DNA from: Dehalococcoidia bacterium
Lineage (GTDB): Bacteria > Chloroflexota > Dehalococcoidia > Lucifugimonadales > UBA3495
Length of the DNA stretch: 64,000 nucleotides
Assembly (NCBI GenBank): GCA_965203985.1
Contig: CBDBDS010000002.1
Coordinates: forward strand, 612,809-676,808
Direction of reading: 5' to 3'
A program made the translations under genes and the position numbers. Shown one piece after another: positions 55,010 to 63,784 of this stretch. Positions within the stretch are counted from its first letter, which is position 1. The number at the start of each line of letters is the position of its first letter. Below the pieces are notes generated by a model. That model was not told the origin of the DNA, did no database searches, and saw nothing but the letters and a program-made list of their open reading frames with translations.

Positions 55010-55480
55010 ATGTCCCCCAACTTGATACAAGAACAGCTGTCGATGGCTTATGCGCGGGCGGTGATATTTGGGGCCGGCTTCCGCTTGTCCAGACCCGAAA
55101 TTGACGACCACGGAATAGATGGCACGATATTGGATCCGGACCGGCGCGGCGTCAACAGGGTGGATTTCCAAATCAAGGCCACGACACAGTACCGAATTGC
55201 AAATGGCGTGGTTGTCTACGATTTGCGGGTCGAGGACTATAACCGCCTCATAATAGAAGACGATGTTCCACGCATCTTGATATTGTATATCATGCCTGAT
55301 GATGCCAACATGTGGCTTGCCCAAAGCGATGACGAGTTATGCTTGCGGAAGTGCGCTTACTGGGTTTCGCTGATGGGAATGAACCGCTCTCAAAACTCGT
55401 CAACCGTTCGTGTCTCAGCCCCGCTAGGCAACGTGTTTAATCGCAATGGCCTGCGGAACATGTTTGGTCAGCTTATATGA
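55010..55480 (+). CDS. DUF4365-like (restriction-endonuclease-fold) protein
   Basis: 'EQLSMAYARAVIFGAGFRLSRPEIDDHGIDGTI.......VDFQIKATT' follows the DUF4365 pattern (helper helix, D.GiD, QvKat). Visibly lower-GC patch. Confidence 0.55.
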   Translation: MSPNLIQEQLSMAYARAVIFGAGFRLSRPEIDDHGIDGTILDPDRRGVNRVDFQIKATTQYRIANGVVVYDLRVEDYNRLIIEDDVPRILILYIMPDDANMWLAQSDDELCLRKCAYWVSLMGMNRSQNSSTVRVSAPLGNVFNRNGLRNMFGQLI

Positions 55481-55498
55481 TGGCGACGGAGGACGCTG

Positions 55499-55801
55499 AT
55501 GGACGTGCAAATCAAAGACTCTGATGCGTTGCGCCGGGTGACTCCCGCCATGCTGTGCGCTTATCTCAAAGCCCATGAATGGGTTCACGAGCAAACTTGG
55601 CGCAACCGGATAATGGTGTGGTCACGCAAGCGTGATGAGGCGCTACAGGAGGTTCTGGTACCGCTGCGGGAGCATTCTGATACATATGCCGTGCGGGTCT
55701 CTGAAGCAGTAGCGCTCCTTGCCAAGATGGACGGACGCTCTCAGCTCGACGTTTATCACGACTTGATTGACGCTGGGAAAGATGCCGTCGTACAAGAATG
55801 A
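55499..55801 (+). CDS. Hypothetical 100-aa partner of the DUF4365-like gene
   Basis: Its own GGAGG RBS lies 7 nt upstream of the ATG. Same low-GC patch. No family recognised. Confidence 0.5.
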   Translation: MDVQIKDSDALRRVTPAMLCAYLKAHEWVHEQTWRNRIMVWSRKRDEALQEVLVPLREHSDTYAVRVSEAVALLAKMDGRSQLDVYHDLIDAGKDAVVQE

Positions 55802-55894
55802 ACCAAACAGCCGCGGATGAAATTCGCAGGTTCGCCGGCGCTATGGCCTGAATCGGACGTCCATTGCCGGCCGTTCCGACACGGTTGGGAACGC

Positions 55895-56875
55895 CTATCC
55901 CAGCGCCTCCCCATTAGCGCACGCTTCCATGGGTTCGCCCCGGAGGCCGGCCACCAGGTTGCGCGCGGCCAGTTTCATGGTGTTGAGGCGGGTGGGCAGC
56001 GCGGCGCTGCCGATGTGGGGCGTGATGACCAGGTTGTCCACGGTCAGCAGCGGGTCGTCGATTGAGATGGGTTCGGGAGCCGTCACGTCCAGGGCGGCGC
56101 GGGTGATCTGACCGTCGCGCAGCGCCTCGTACAACGCGACCGGATCCACCACCGGCCCGCGCGACACGTTGATGAGGATGGCCGACGGTTTCATCATGGC
56201 CAACTGCGGCCCGCTGATGAGATGATGGGTCTGCGGGGTCAGGGGCACGCTGAGCACAACAAAATCCGCCTGTCCCAGCAGGTCGGAGAACTCCGCGTAG
56301 CGCAGGCCGAACTCGGCTTCCACCTCGGGGTAGCGGGTCCGCGAGTGGTAAACGATGTCCATGTCAAACCCGCGAGCGCGCTTGGCGATCTCCCGGCCGA
56401 TCTGCCCCAACCCCACGATCCCCAGGCAGGCTTCGTGCACGTCCTGCCCCAGCCAGTGGGTGGGGTGAAACTGGATCTGCCAGCCGCCGCCACGCAGCCA
56501 GCGCTCGCTTTCGGATGTGCGCCGGGCCGCGCCCAGCAGCAACGCCATGGCAAGGTCGGCGGTGGACTTAGCCAACACGCCGGGCGTGTAGCCTACGGGA
56601 ATGCCGCGTCGCGTCGCCTCGGCTACGTCCACGTTGTCCAGACCCACCGCCAGTTGGCTGATCGCCCGCAGGCGCGGCGCGGCATCAAGCAGGTCAGCGT
56701 CAACACGGTCCATGATGGTGGTCAGGATGCCGTCGGAGTCACCGGCATGCCGGCGCAGCTCCTCCACTGGCGGCGGCGTTTCCTCCGGCCACACGGTCAC
56801 ATCGGCAACCTCCCGGATGATGTCCAATGCCTCCGGAAGCAGCGTGCGGGTAACGAAAGCGCGAGGGGTCGACAT
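55895..56875 (-). CDS. D-isomer-specific 2-hydroxyacid dehydrogenase (glyoxylate/hydroxypyruvate reductase-like)
   Basis: Trimmed to 'MSTPRAFVTRTLLPEAL'. 'GIVGLGQIGREIAKRA' Rossmann motif, 'INVSRGPVVD', and 'TPHIGSA' with the catalytic His. Confidence 0.85.
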   Translation of the reverse strand: MSTPRAFVTRTLLPEALDIIREVADVTVWPEETPPPVEELRRHAGDSDGILTTIMDRVDADLLDAAPRLRAISQLAVGLDNVDVAEATRRGIPVGYTPGVLAKSTADLAMALLLGAARRTSESERWLRGGGWQIQFHPTHWLGQDVHEACLGIVGLGQIGREIAKRARGFDMDIVYHSRTRYPEVEAEFGLRYAEFSDLLGQADFVVLSVPLTPQTHHLISGPQLAMMKPSAILINVSRGPVVDPVALYEALRDGQITRAALDVTAPEPISIDDPLLTVDNLVITPHIGSAALPTRLNTMKLAARNLVAGLRGEPMEACANGEALG

Positions 56876-57086
56876 GGCACTCACCGCCAAATGTAATAGC
56901 GACGCCTGAATGGGACGCCGTGTGCCTGATTGTAGTATCGCCTGGCGCCCGTTGCCAGTGTTACGCCCGAAGGTTTTGGCCGGAGGTTCTGCAAACAAAA
57001 AGGACCGCCGCATTGCTGCGACGGCCCCTGTCAACTGTCGGACGGCGCCGGGAGAGACGCGCCGTCCTATTACGGGTGATGGCTGA

Positions 57087-57377
57087 TTAGACCAGCTTGG
57101 TGAAACCGTCGCGGTAGCCGCGGGTCTCGGCAATCTCGCGCTCCAGGCGCGCCTGGTCGGTCATACCGGGGCCGGCCACGACGTTCCAGAGAGCGACAAA
57201 GCTGGCGAGGACGGTCGCCTGGACGGACGGCTTGCGTGCGCCTTCCCACTGCTCGAGCAGCTCGGCCGGGGTTTCCGGGATCGCGGAAACGTCGACGGCG
57301 GCGGACTCAACGGGCGCCTCGGCGGTTTCGGCAACCGCGGACTTGGTTTCGGCTTCAGGATTGATTGCGGTAACCAT
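57087..57377 (-). CDS. Hypothetical acidic small protein
   Basis: The ORF 57087..57392. AGGAG 7 nt upstream favours the second ATG ('MVTAINPEAE...'). No family recognised. Confidence 0.4.
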   Translation of the reverse strand: MVTAINPEAETKSAVAETAEAPVESAAVDVSAIPETPAELLEQWEGARKPSVQATVLASFVALWNVVAGPGMTDQARLEREIAETRGYRDGFTKLV

Positions 57378-57497
57378 TTGCTTGCTCCTCATGGCTAATA
57401 GTGATAGCCGGTGATCATTTCAATCAATGATACAAGGCGTATTGTATTCCGTCAACAGATATTATACGATAACTTATATCGCTGCTCGAAATAATAA

Positions 57498-57519
57498 AGG
57501 GCGGGTTGGAACCCGCCCT
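57498..57519 (-). terminator. Rho-independent terminator after the FAD-oxidase operon
   Basis: 9-bp stem AGGGCGGGT / ACCCGCCCT. On the minus strand it is followed by TTATTATTTC. Confidence 0.7.
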
Positions 57520-57551
57520 CAGCAGTGATCCTGGCCCCGCTGCCGGATGCG

Positions 57552-58985
57552 CTACAGCGTCAATTTCCCCGGATTCATGATGCCCGCCGGATCCAGCGCC
57601 CGCTTGATATCCAGCAGCGCATCCCGGCTCACGCCCAGTTCACGACCCAACAAGTGATGCAGCTTGATGCCGACGCCGTGGCAGTATTCCATGATCCCGC
57701 CCATGTCTTGGGCCAGCGTGAGCACCTCATCCACACCGGCCGCCAGGTTGGCCCGCACCTCCAGATCGTAGCCATCCCGGCCGACTACACGGCGGTCGCC
57801 ATCGGGCACCACCAGCATTGAGAAAAACTCCGGTCGGCTCCACAGGCAGTACTCCACTACCTTGATCTTCCGGGCCTCCAGCAGCCGGTCGGCGCGACGC
57901 CGGTACTCCAGCACCCGGTCGGCGGGCAAACTCATGTGCAGGTAGTCAAAGGTGCGCCCCCACTGCCGCTGCCAGCGTTCTTCGCGAGGGCGACCCGATG
58001 CCGTCTGGCGATAGTTCAATGCCGAGTCATGGCGGTGTTTCCAGTAGGACAGGGTCGGTTCCGGCCCCACGTTCCACCCGCCGGCCTCCTCGCAAACGGA
58101 CATGGCGCGGCGCAGCGCGGCGTCCACGCCCTCCCGGTAGCCTTCGAAAAGCAGGTGGAGCAACACGCCCTCGCTGTCCTCGGTCAGATCCAGCAGCGTG
58201 GGACGGATGCCCAGGGCCCGCATCTCCGTTACCGCCGCGAAACCGGCGTCGAAATCGGCGAATTCCACGGTGGCGTATTCGGCGGCCTCCGGCTTGCGGA
58301 ACACGCGCAGGGTCGCCCGGGTAATCACGCCGAAGGTGCCCTCGCTGCCGATGAAAAGGTGGTTCAGATCAGGACCGGATGACTGCTTGGGCACGGGACG
58401 GGTCTCTATGATGCGTCCATCGGGAAGGACGACTTCCAGCGCCACCACCTGGTCGCCCATGGGCCCGAAGGCGGCAGCGCGGTAGCCGACGCCGTTGGTG
58501 GAGATGGTGCCGGCCACGCTCGCGATGGGAACGCTGTACGGGTCATGGCCCGGCATGAGCCCGTGGGGTTCCAGTGCATCGTACAGGTCTTGCAGAATCA
58601 ACCCGGCCTCGACCTCCGCCGTCTGCGAAACCGGGTCGATGCTGATCACCCGGTTGAGCCGGCCAAGGTCGAGGATGATCCCGCCGCGCACGGGCAGGAT
58701 CCCGCCCATGACGCCGGTGCCGCCGCCGTACGGGATCACCGGCGCGCCGACACGCTGAGCCAGCGCGACGATCCGAGACACCTGGACGGCATCCTCCGGT
58801 CGCACCACGACGTCGGCCAGGCGGTCGAACGCAGCATCGGCGTAATAGGCCCGATACGGCGTCAGGGCGTCGGCCGAGTAACGGTCCAGCGACGCCTCGT
58901 CCGTCAGGACGTTTTCCGTTCCTACGACGTCCGCCAGATTAGCGGCAACGGCAGGCCAATTGCGGCGGTTCGTAGTGGTGTTCAC
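57552..58985 (-). CDS. FAD-linked oxidase (GlcD / D-lactate dehydrogenase-like, FAD_binding_4 family)
   Basis: 477 aa. 'VIPYGGGTGVMGG' is the FAD-binding PCMH-type motif. The C-terminus 'NPGKL' is typical of the family. Confidence 0.85.
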   Translation of the reverse strand: MNTTTNRRNWPAVAANLADVVGTENVLTDEASLDRYSADALTPYRAYYADAAFDRLADVVVRPEDAVQVSRIVALAQRVGAPVIPYGGGTGVMGGILPVRGGIILDLGRLNRVISIDPVSQTAEVEAGLILQDLYDALEPHGLMPGHDPYSVPIASVAGTISTNGVGYRAAAFGPMGDQVVALEVVLPDGRIIETRPVPKQSSGPDLNHLFIGSEGTFGVITRATLRVFRKPEAAEYATVEFADFDAGFAAVTEMRALGIRPTLLDLTEDSEGVLLHLLFEGYREGVDAALRRAMSVCEEAGGWNVGPEPTLSYWKHRHDSALNYRQTASGRPREERWQRQWGRTFDYLHMSLPADRVLEYRRRADRLLEARKIKVVEYCLWSRPEFFSMLVVPDGDRRVVGRDGYDLEVRANLAAGVDEVLTLAQDMGGIMEYCHGVGIKLHHLLGRELGVSRDALLDIKRALDPAGIMNPGKLTL

Positions 58986-59368
58986 AGCGGGTTACGGAAA
59001 ATGGCCTGACCAGTTTCGTCGTGGCCATGATTGGCCAGAGCTATCAACATCTGCTCGTGATTGCGTCGCATTTCCTCGCGCATATCGCGCATCTCGGCAC
59101 GCATTTCCTCGCGCATCTCACGCATCTCGCCGCGCAATTCCTCGCGCAAATCGCGCATTTCGGCACGCAATTCGTCGCTGACCGTGCGCACTTCTTGGGC
59201 AACTTGTTCAACGCGCGCTTCCAACCGTCCAACCCGCTTGTCCAGTTGGTCGACTTGCGCAGTGATCCTGCCCAGGCGAAACAGACTTCCACCTACCAAC
59301 GCCAGGATCGACAGCAGCAACGCCGCCCCGCCGATTATCGTTGCGTCAAGCATTTGAAACACCGCCAT
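58982..59368 (-). CDS. Membrane-anchored coiled-coil protein with three 11-residue repeats
   Basis: N-terminal TM 'IIGGAALLLSILALVGGSLF'. Repeats 'AEMRDLREELR / GEMREMREEMR / AEMRDMREEMR'. Its stop overlaps the FAD-oxidase start by 4 nt. Confidence 0.6.
   Translation of the reverse strand: MAVFQMLDATIIGGAALLLSILALVGGSLFRLGRITAQVDQLDKRVGRLEARVEQVAQEVRTVSDELRAEMRDLREELRGEMREMREEMRAEMRDMREEMRRNHEQMLIALANHGHDETGQAIFRNPL
59067..59165. repeat. 3 x 33-nt in-frame tandem repeat inside the coiled-coil gene
   Basis: Units start at 59067, 59100 and 59133 (CGCAWTTCCTCGCGCAWHTCNCGCATYTCGSCN). A degenerate fourth unit follows. Confidence 0.9.
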
Positions 59369-59396
59369 CCGGATGCGTTCAACCGCGTCCCTGGGT

Positions 59397-60770
59397 CTAT
59401 TCGGTCGCCTGCTGCTGCCACTGGGTGCCCTGGGGGCCGTCTTCCAGGCTCACGCCCTGCTGGGCAAGGCCGTCCCGGATCTGGTCCGCCAGGGCGAACT
59501 GGCGGGCGGTCCGCAGCTCGGTTCGTATCGACACCAGCAGATCGATGAATGGAGCGGCAGCGAGACTATCCTCCGACCGCGGACGATCCTCAAAGGTAAG
59601 GCCCAGCACGCCTCCCAGTTCCCGCAGCGCGTCCTGACCGGGGTCGATATTCCGGCCGGCGTCACGGCCGCGGTTGATGTCCCGGGCCAGGTCAAACAGG
59701 GCAGCCACCGCCTGGGGCGTATTGAGGTCGTCGTCCATGGCCGCGGCGAACCTGGCCCGGTGGGTTTCCGCGTCAACCTCGGGGCCGGAACCGTTGCCGG
59801 CGACCAGCGCCCGACGCACCCGCTCCAGGCTCCGCTCCACTGCGGCAGCGCCTTCGTCGCTGTACGCGAGGGGACTGCGGTAGTGGCTGCTGAGGAAGTA
59901 CAGTCGCATGGCGTCGGGACTATAGCGTTCCAGGGCATCCACTACGGACACCAGGTTTCCCAGCGACTTGCTCATCTTGTCGGAACCCAACTGTAGGAGC
60001 CCGTTGTGCATCCAGTAGCGGGCGAACGGCTTGGCTCCAGTGTAGCATTCGCTCTGGGCGATTTCGTTTTCGTGGTGCGGGAACACCAGGTCCTGTCCGC
60101 CGCCGTGGATGTCCAGCTGCTCGCCAAGATACTCCAGGGACATGGCGGTGCACTCAATGTGCCAGCCGGGCCGACCCGGTCCCCACGGGCTCTCCCATGA
60201 AGGCTCGCCGGGCTTGGCCCCTTTCCAAAGGACGAAGTCCATGGGGTGCTCTTTGTTCTCATCCACCTGGATGCGCGCGCCGGCAATCATGCTGTCCAGA
60301 GTGCGGTGGCTGAGCTTGCCGTAGTCGTCCTTGCTGGTCACACGGAAATAAACGTCGCCGGCGGCGGGATAGGCATGGCCCCGATCAATCAGGCCGGCGA
60401 TGGCGTCGATGATCCGCGGAATCTCGCGGGTGGCTCGCGGATATTCCGAGGCCCGCTGGATATTCAGGGCGTCCATCGTATGGAAATAGTCCCCGATAAA
60501 TTCTTCGACCAGCTCATCCTCGGAGACGCCGGATTCCTGCGCCCGCTGGATTATCTTGTCGTCGATATCCGTAAAGTTCTGGATATGACGAACCTCGTAT
60601 CCCTTGTACTCCAGATATCGCCGCAAGGTGTCAAAGACCACGTAGCTCAACGCGTGTCCGACGTGGGTGGCGGAATACGGGGTCACTCCGCACACGTACA
60701 TCTTGACCAGGTTTTCCGCGGCGGGAACGAACTCCTCGACCTGTCCGCTCAGGGTGTTGTAGAGCTTCAT
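59397..60770 (-). CDS. cysS: Cysteine--tRNA ligase
   Basis: 'MKLYNTLSGQVEEF', the 'HVGHA' (HIGH) motif and the 'KMSKSLGN' (KMSKS) motif. 457 aa. Confidence 0.97.
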   Translation of the reverse strand: MKLYNTLSGQVEEFVPAAENLVKMYVCGVTPYSATHVGHALSYVVFDTLRRYLEYKGYEVRHIQNFTDIDDKIIQRAQESGVSEDELVEEFIGDYFHTMDALNIQRASEYPRATREIPRIIDAIAGLIDRGHAYPAAGDVYFRVTSKDDYGKLSHRTLDSMIAGARIQVDENKEHPMDFVLWKGAKPGEPSWESPWGPGRPGWHIECTAMSLEYLGEQLDIHGGGQDLVFPHHENEIAQSECYTGAKPFARYWMHNGLLQLGSDKMSKSLGNLVSVVDALERYSPDAMRLYFLSSHYRSPLAYSDEGAAAVERSLERVRRALVAGNGSGPEVDAETHRARFAAAMDDDLNTPQAVAALFDLARDINRGRDAGRNIDPGQDALRELGGVLGLTFEDRPRSEDSLAAAPFIDLLVSIRTELRTARQFALADQIRDGLAQQGVSLEDGPQGTQWQQQATE

Positions 60771-60821
60771 ACTAAACCGGATGGACGACGGCGGTAGCGG
60801 GCTGTTGAATTACGTGCGGTG

Positions 60822-61301
60822 TCAGGGCCGGCACAGCAACGCCACGGCGACAGCCGCTATGCCTTCTTCCCGCCCGGTGAATCCCAGGTAATCGGTGGTG
60901 GTGGCTTTGACACTGATCTGCGACTGCTCGACCGAAAGTGCGGTGGCGATGTTCTGGCGCATCAACGGCACATGAGGTGACAGCCGGGGACGTTGCGCGA
61001 GCATTGTAGCATCAACGTTGGCGATGCACCAACCACCCGCCGCCAGTACGCCAACCGTGCGTGTCAGCAGGATCAGGCTGCTGATGCCGGCCAGGGACGG
61101 GTCGCCGGGCGGGAAGTGCGTCCCGATGTCGCCAGCGCCGGCAGCGCCCAGCAGAGCGTCGATCATGGCGTGGCTGAGCACGTCGCCGTCGCTGTGACCG
61201 GCCAGGCCGGTGGGGTGCGGGATCGTCACGCCGCCGAGCACCAACGCCCGCTCCGGGGCGAGGGCATGGGCGTCGGCTCCGGTGCCTACTCGATAATCCA
61301 A
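60822..61301 (-). CDS. ispF: 2-C-methyl-D-erythritol 2,4-cyclodiphosphate synthase
   Basis: 'RVGTGADAHAL...GHSDGDVLSHAMIDALLGAAGAGDIGTHFP' is the canonical IspF metal/substrate motif. 159 aa. Confidence 0.92.
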   Translation of the reverse strand: MDYRVGTGADAHALAPERALVLGGVTIPHPTGLAGHSDGDVLSHAMIDALLGAAGAGDIGTHFPPGDPSLAGISSLILLTRTVGVLAAGGWCIANVDATMLAQRPRLSPHVPLMRQNIATALSVEQSQISVKATTTDYLGFTGREEGIAAVAVALLCRP

Positions 61302-61342
61302 CGACGGTCTCGACGGGGCGGGCTGCGACCCGGATTCTGCCC

Positions 61343-61789
61343 CTACCCTCGCTCGATGGACTTGAGAACCTGGTGTGCGTGTTCGATGTCGTTCAACGGC
61401 CCGCCGTAGGCTATGATCGGGGCATAACCGATTATGATCGCCGCGAGGAATCCCAATGCAGACCCGGACGCGACGAAGTCCGCGTTGGTGGGTTCGTCGC
61501 CGATTCTGAGCTGGGAGTACAGGGCATCGCTTTGGGTCGCTACGATTCCGGGCGCGGGAAGGTCGATGTGTGCGACCAACAGCATCACCAGCGGCGCCAC
61601 GCAGATCAAAGCAAGAATGGACCAGATTATGACCCAGACCAGGAATAAATTCCGCTCGGTATTCACTTTCGAGCGCAAGTGCGCCAGCCGACCCGGGGCT
61701 ACCGCCATGTCCAGCCGGTCAGCGCTCTGGCGCAGGAATAGAGCGTACTCCCGGTACCGGGAGCGACGATTGACGGTGCTGGCCACCAT
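61343..61789 (-). CDS. Hypothetical membrane protein between ispD and ispF
   Basis: Two hydrophobic spans ('LFLVWVIIWSILALICVAPLVMLLVA' and 'ALGFLAAIIIGYAPIIAYG'). No family recognised. Confidence 0.5.
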   Translation of the reverse strand: MVASTVNRRSRYREYALFLRQSADRLDMAVAPGRLAHLRSKVNTERNLFLVWVIIWSILALICVAPLVMLLVAHIDLPAPGIVATQSDALYSQLRIGDEPTNADFVASGSALGFLAAIIIGYAPIIAYGGPLNDIEHAHQVLKSIERG

Positions 61790-61945
61790 TCTGATCCTCC
61801 GCTTGTCGAAACCCGTTGTCCAAACGCGCGAATTTTACTACCACATGCACGCGCCTGTGCGTGACAATGGGCGACGTTAAACATCGTATGCATACCAGTT
61901 GCGATGTTGCAAGCGGACTCGTACCCCATTTGCAGCCGTTTCGGC

Positions 61946-62644
61946 TTATCCCCGGGCTAATAGCATTGTCGCCACATCTAGGTCTTCGGGAGTGGTCACC
62001 TTCAAATTGTCGTAATCACCCCAGAAAACCGTGACCCGGTGGCCGGCAGCCTCGACCATGGCTGCGTCATCGGTGTATTCGACCTCCGCGGCGCGATGGG
62101 CATCCAACAGCGTTTGATAATCAAATGCCTGCGGAGTTTGCGCCGCCCACAAGGTCGCCCGGTCGGGCGTAGCCGAGATCACCTGACCTTCGCCCACCAC
62201 CTTGATCGTATCCTTGACCGGCACCGCGGCAATCGCAGCGCCCGACTCCCTGACTTCATGCAGAGCGCGATCCAGGACCTCCCTTGTTACGCAAGGCCGG
62301 GCCCCATCGTGAATCGCCACCCATCGCCGGTGGCCCAGTGCGACCAGCCCGGCTAAGACTGAATCCTGGCGGCGGGCGCCGCCGGCGCAAACCGCTGCGA
62401 TTTTGGGAATGCCCAAATCCTGCACGATCGCCTCACCATCGGGGACCGCATCCGCGGAGACAACCAGCACGATCCGGTCCACCACATCCGATTGCGCGAT
62501 GCGCCGGAGCGTATGCGCAATCAGCGGAGCCCCAAGCACGTCCACGAAGGTCTTGTCAGTGCCGCCCATGCGGGTGCTGCGCCCGGCAGCCACCACCACG
62601 ACGCCCAACAGCCCATCCGATGTCCCCCGTCTGGCGCTATTCAA
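61946..62644 (-). CDS. ispD: 2-C-methyl-D-erythritol 4-phosphate cytidylyltransferase
   Basis: 'VVVAAGRSTRMGGTDKTF' is the P-loop-like AAGxGxRM signature. 232 aa. Confidence 0.9.
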   Translation of the reverse strand: MNSARRGTSDGLLGVVVVAAGRSTRMGGTDKTFVDVLGAPLIAHTLRRIAQSDVVDRIVLVVSADAVPDGEAIVQDLGIPKIAAVCAGGARRQDSVLAGLVALGHRRWVAIHDGARPCVTREVLDRALHEVRESGAAIAAVPVKDTIKVVGEGQVISATPDRATLWAAQTPQAFDYQTLLDAHRAAEVEYTDDAAMVEAAGHRVTVFWGDYDNLKVTTPEDLDVATMLLARG

Positions 62645-62709
62645 TCTATCGTCCTATCGTCCCCGCAAGGATTGGCGCCCCACGCGCGCCCAGTTTGGCG
62701 AAATCGAGG

Positions 62710-62922
62710 AATTTGCATGGATGCACAGGATGGACATGATTGGATTGATGCGCTGCTTTGCAATAGTGCTTCCGGGTCGAAGCGGGTAACCACGGCGCCC
62801 CGTTGGCGGCAGGGCGACGGGAAGGAACCATTCATCTTGGCTATAGCATGGCGACCGAAAACGGGCCGGTTTCCATCATCCAACTCCTACCATCCCGTTC
62901 ATCCTGTGCATCCATGCAAATT
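62710..62922. repeat. MITE-like element with ~26-bp family C terminal inverted repeats
   Basis: AATTTGCATGGATGCACAGGATGGAC (62710-62735) versus GTTCATCCTGTGCATCCATGCAAATT (62897-62922). It lies immediately upstream of ispD. Confidence 0.85.
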
Positions 62923-63062
62923 GCTCCTCCTCGGCAAACTGGGTATGCGTGAGGGATTGGCGCGATTGGCGTTGAAGCCTCACATAGTTTATGATTTAGT
63001 CGGTCTGTGGATCAATATCACCCTAAGGGAACATCTGCGGAGCGCGTTACTCCAAAGGGGGC

Positions 63063-63521
63063 ATGATGGCACTGGAAATGGCCTATCACGTGGAAACGTA
63101 CAGCTCGGGAACCCACGGCAGAGCGATCTGCAACGCCCGCACGCATCACTGGGTCGCTGACGACGGCGGCGGTGATGCCGTGGGAGCCGGGGAATTGTTC
63201 CTCTCCGGCATCACCGCCTGCGCCGTGAATATGGTGGAGCGGATTGCGCTCACTGATGACGCCCCGGTGGACTTCATGGAAGTTACCGCCGAAGCCTTCC
63301 GTGACTCGGAAGCGACCCCCGGCGACGTGAGCCTGTACGCCGATGTGCGTATCCACTTCAAGATCTGGGGCGTGGACGACGACCAGGGCAACTACCTGGT
63401 GGACACGTGGAAGAAGCGTTGACCCCTTTATGGTTCGGTCGCCGTGGCGACCCCCAGCACTTCCGTCACCGCCGAATTCGTTGCCGACGCCCGGCCCAAG
63501 CACGCGGGGCGCGTCGCCTGA
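63063..63521 (+). CDS. OsmC/Ohr-family protein with an in-frame TGA (63420-63422) at the second conserved Cys: candidate selenoprotein
   Basis: 'GELFLSGITACAVNMVE' carries the first family Cys. The tracked ORF stops at '...DTWKKR[TGA]', and the same frame continues 'PLYGSVAVATPSTSVTAEFV...' for 32 codons to a TGA at 63519-63521. This reproduces the family 'K.CP.y..l' C-terminal motif with TGA in place of Cys. Confidence 0.6.
63437..63452 (+). other. SECIS-like hairpin downstream of the OsmC-like TGA
   Basis: GGTCGCC-GT-GGCGACC: a 7-bp perfect complement, effectively 5-6 bp with a CGUG/GU apex. It starts 14 nt after the TGA. Confidence 0.4.
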
Positions 63522-63784
63522 CACCCGTCATATCTCGCGCCGCTCGGCGGTAACATATTTGCCCCCGTCCCGCCGGCGGGATCCCGTTGAGCGGCGGGGG
63601 CAATAAGTTGAACGCCCGCATCAAGCGTTGCCACAATAGCCTTGAGGCTTAGGCTGGGGTCCCGGCCGTCCCGTTTCCCGCTGGCGCCGGGCCTCCGCAG
63701 GTTCCAGATTTCTTTGTTGGGGGATCTGAGATAGAGTTCCCGCTTACCATATTCGCAGCCGGCCTGTCCGACGCATCCGCCGGA

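Noticed and set aside
55478-55480. The TGA stop of the DUF4365-like ORF is in the same frame as the following ORF (55499), so read-through or Sec was considered
   Set aside because: The downstream ORF has its own GGAGG RBS at ideal spacing, the stop does not align with any conserved Cys, and the chance of a shared frame is one in three.
63558-63602. Nested GC hairpin (TTGCCCCCG ... TCCCGCCGGCGGGA ... CGGGGGCAA) downstream of the OsmC-like gene, considered as a riboswitch or structured ncRNA
   Set aside because: It is too short and simple, and its position after the extended stop at 63521 fits a terminator or stability hairpin. There are no recognisable riboswitch core motifs.
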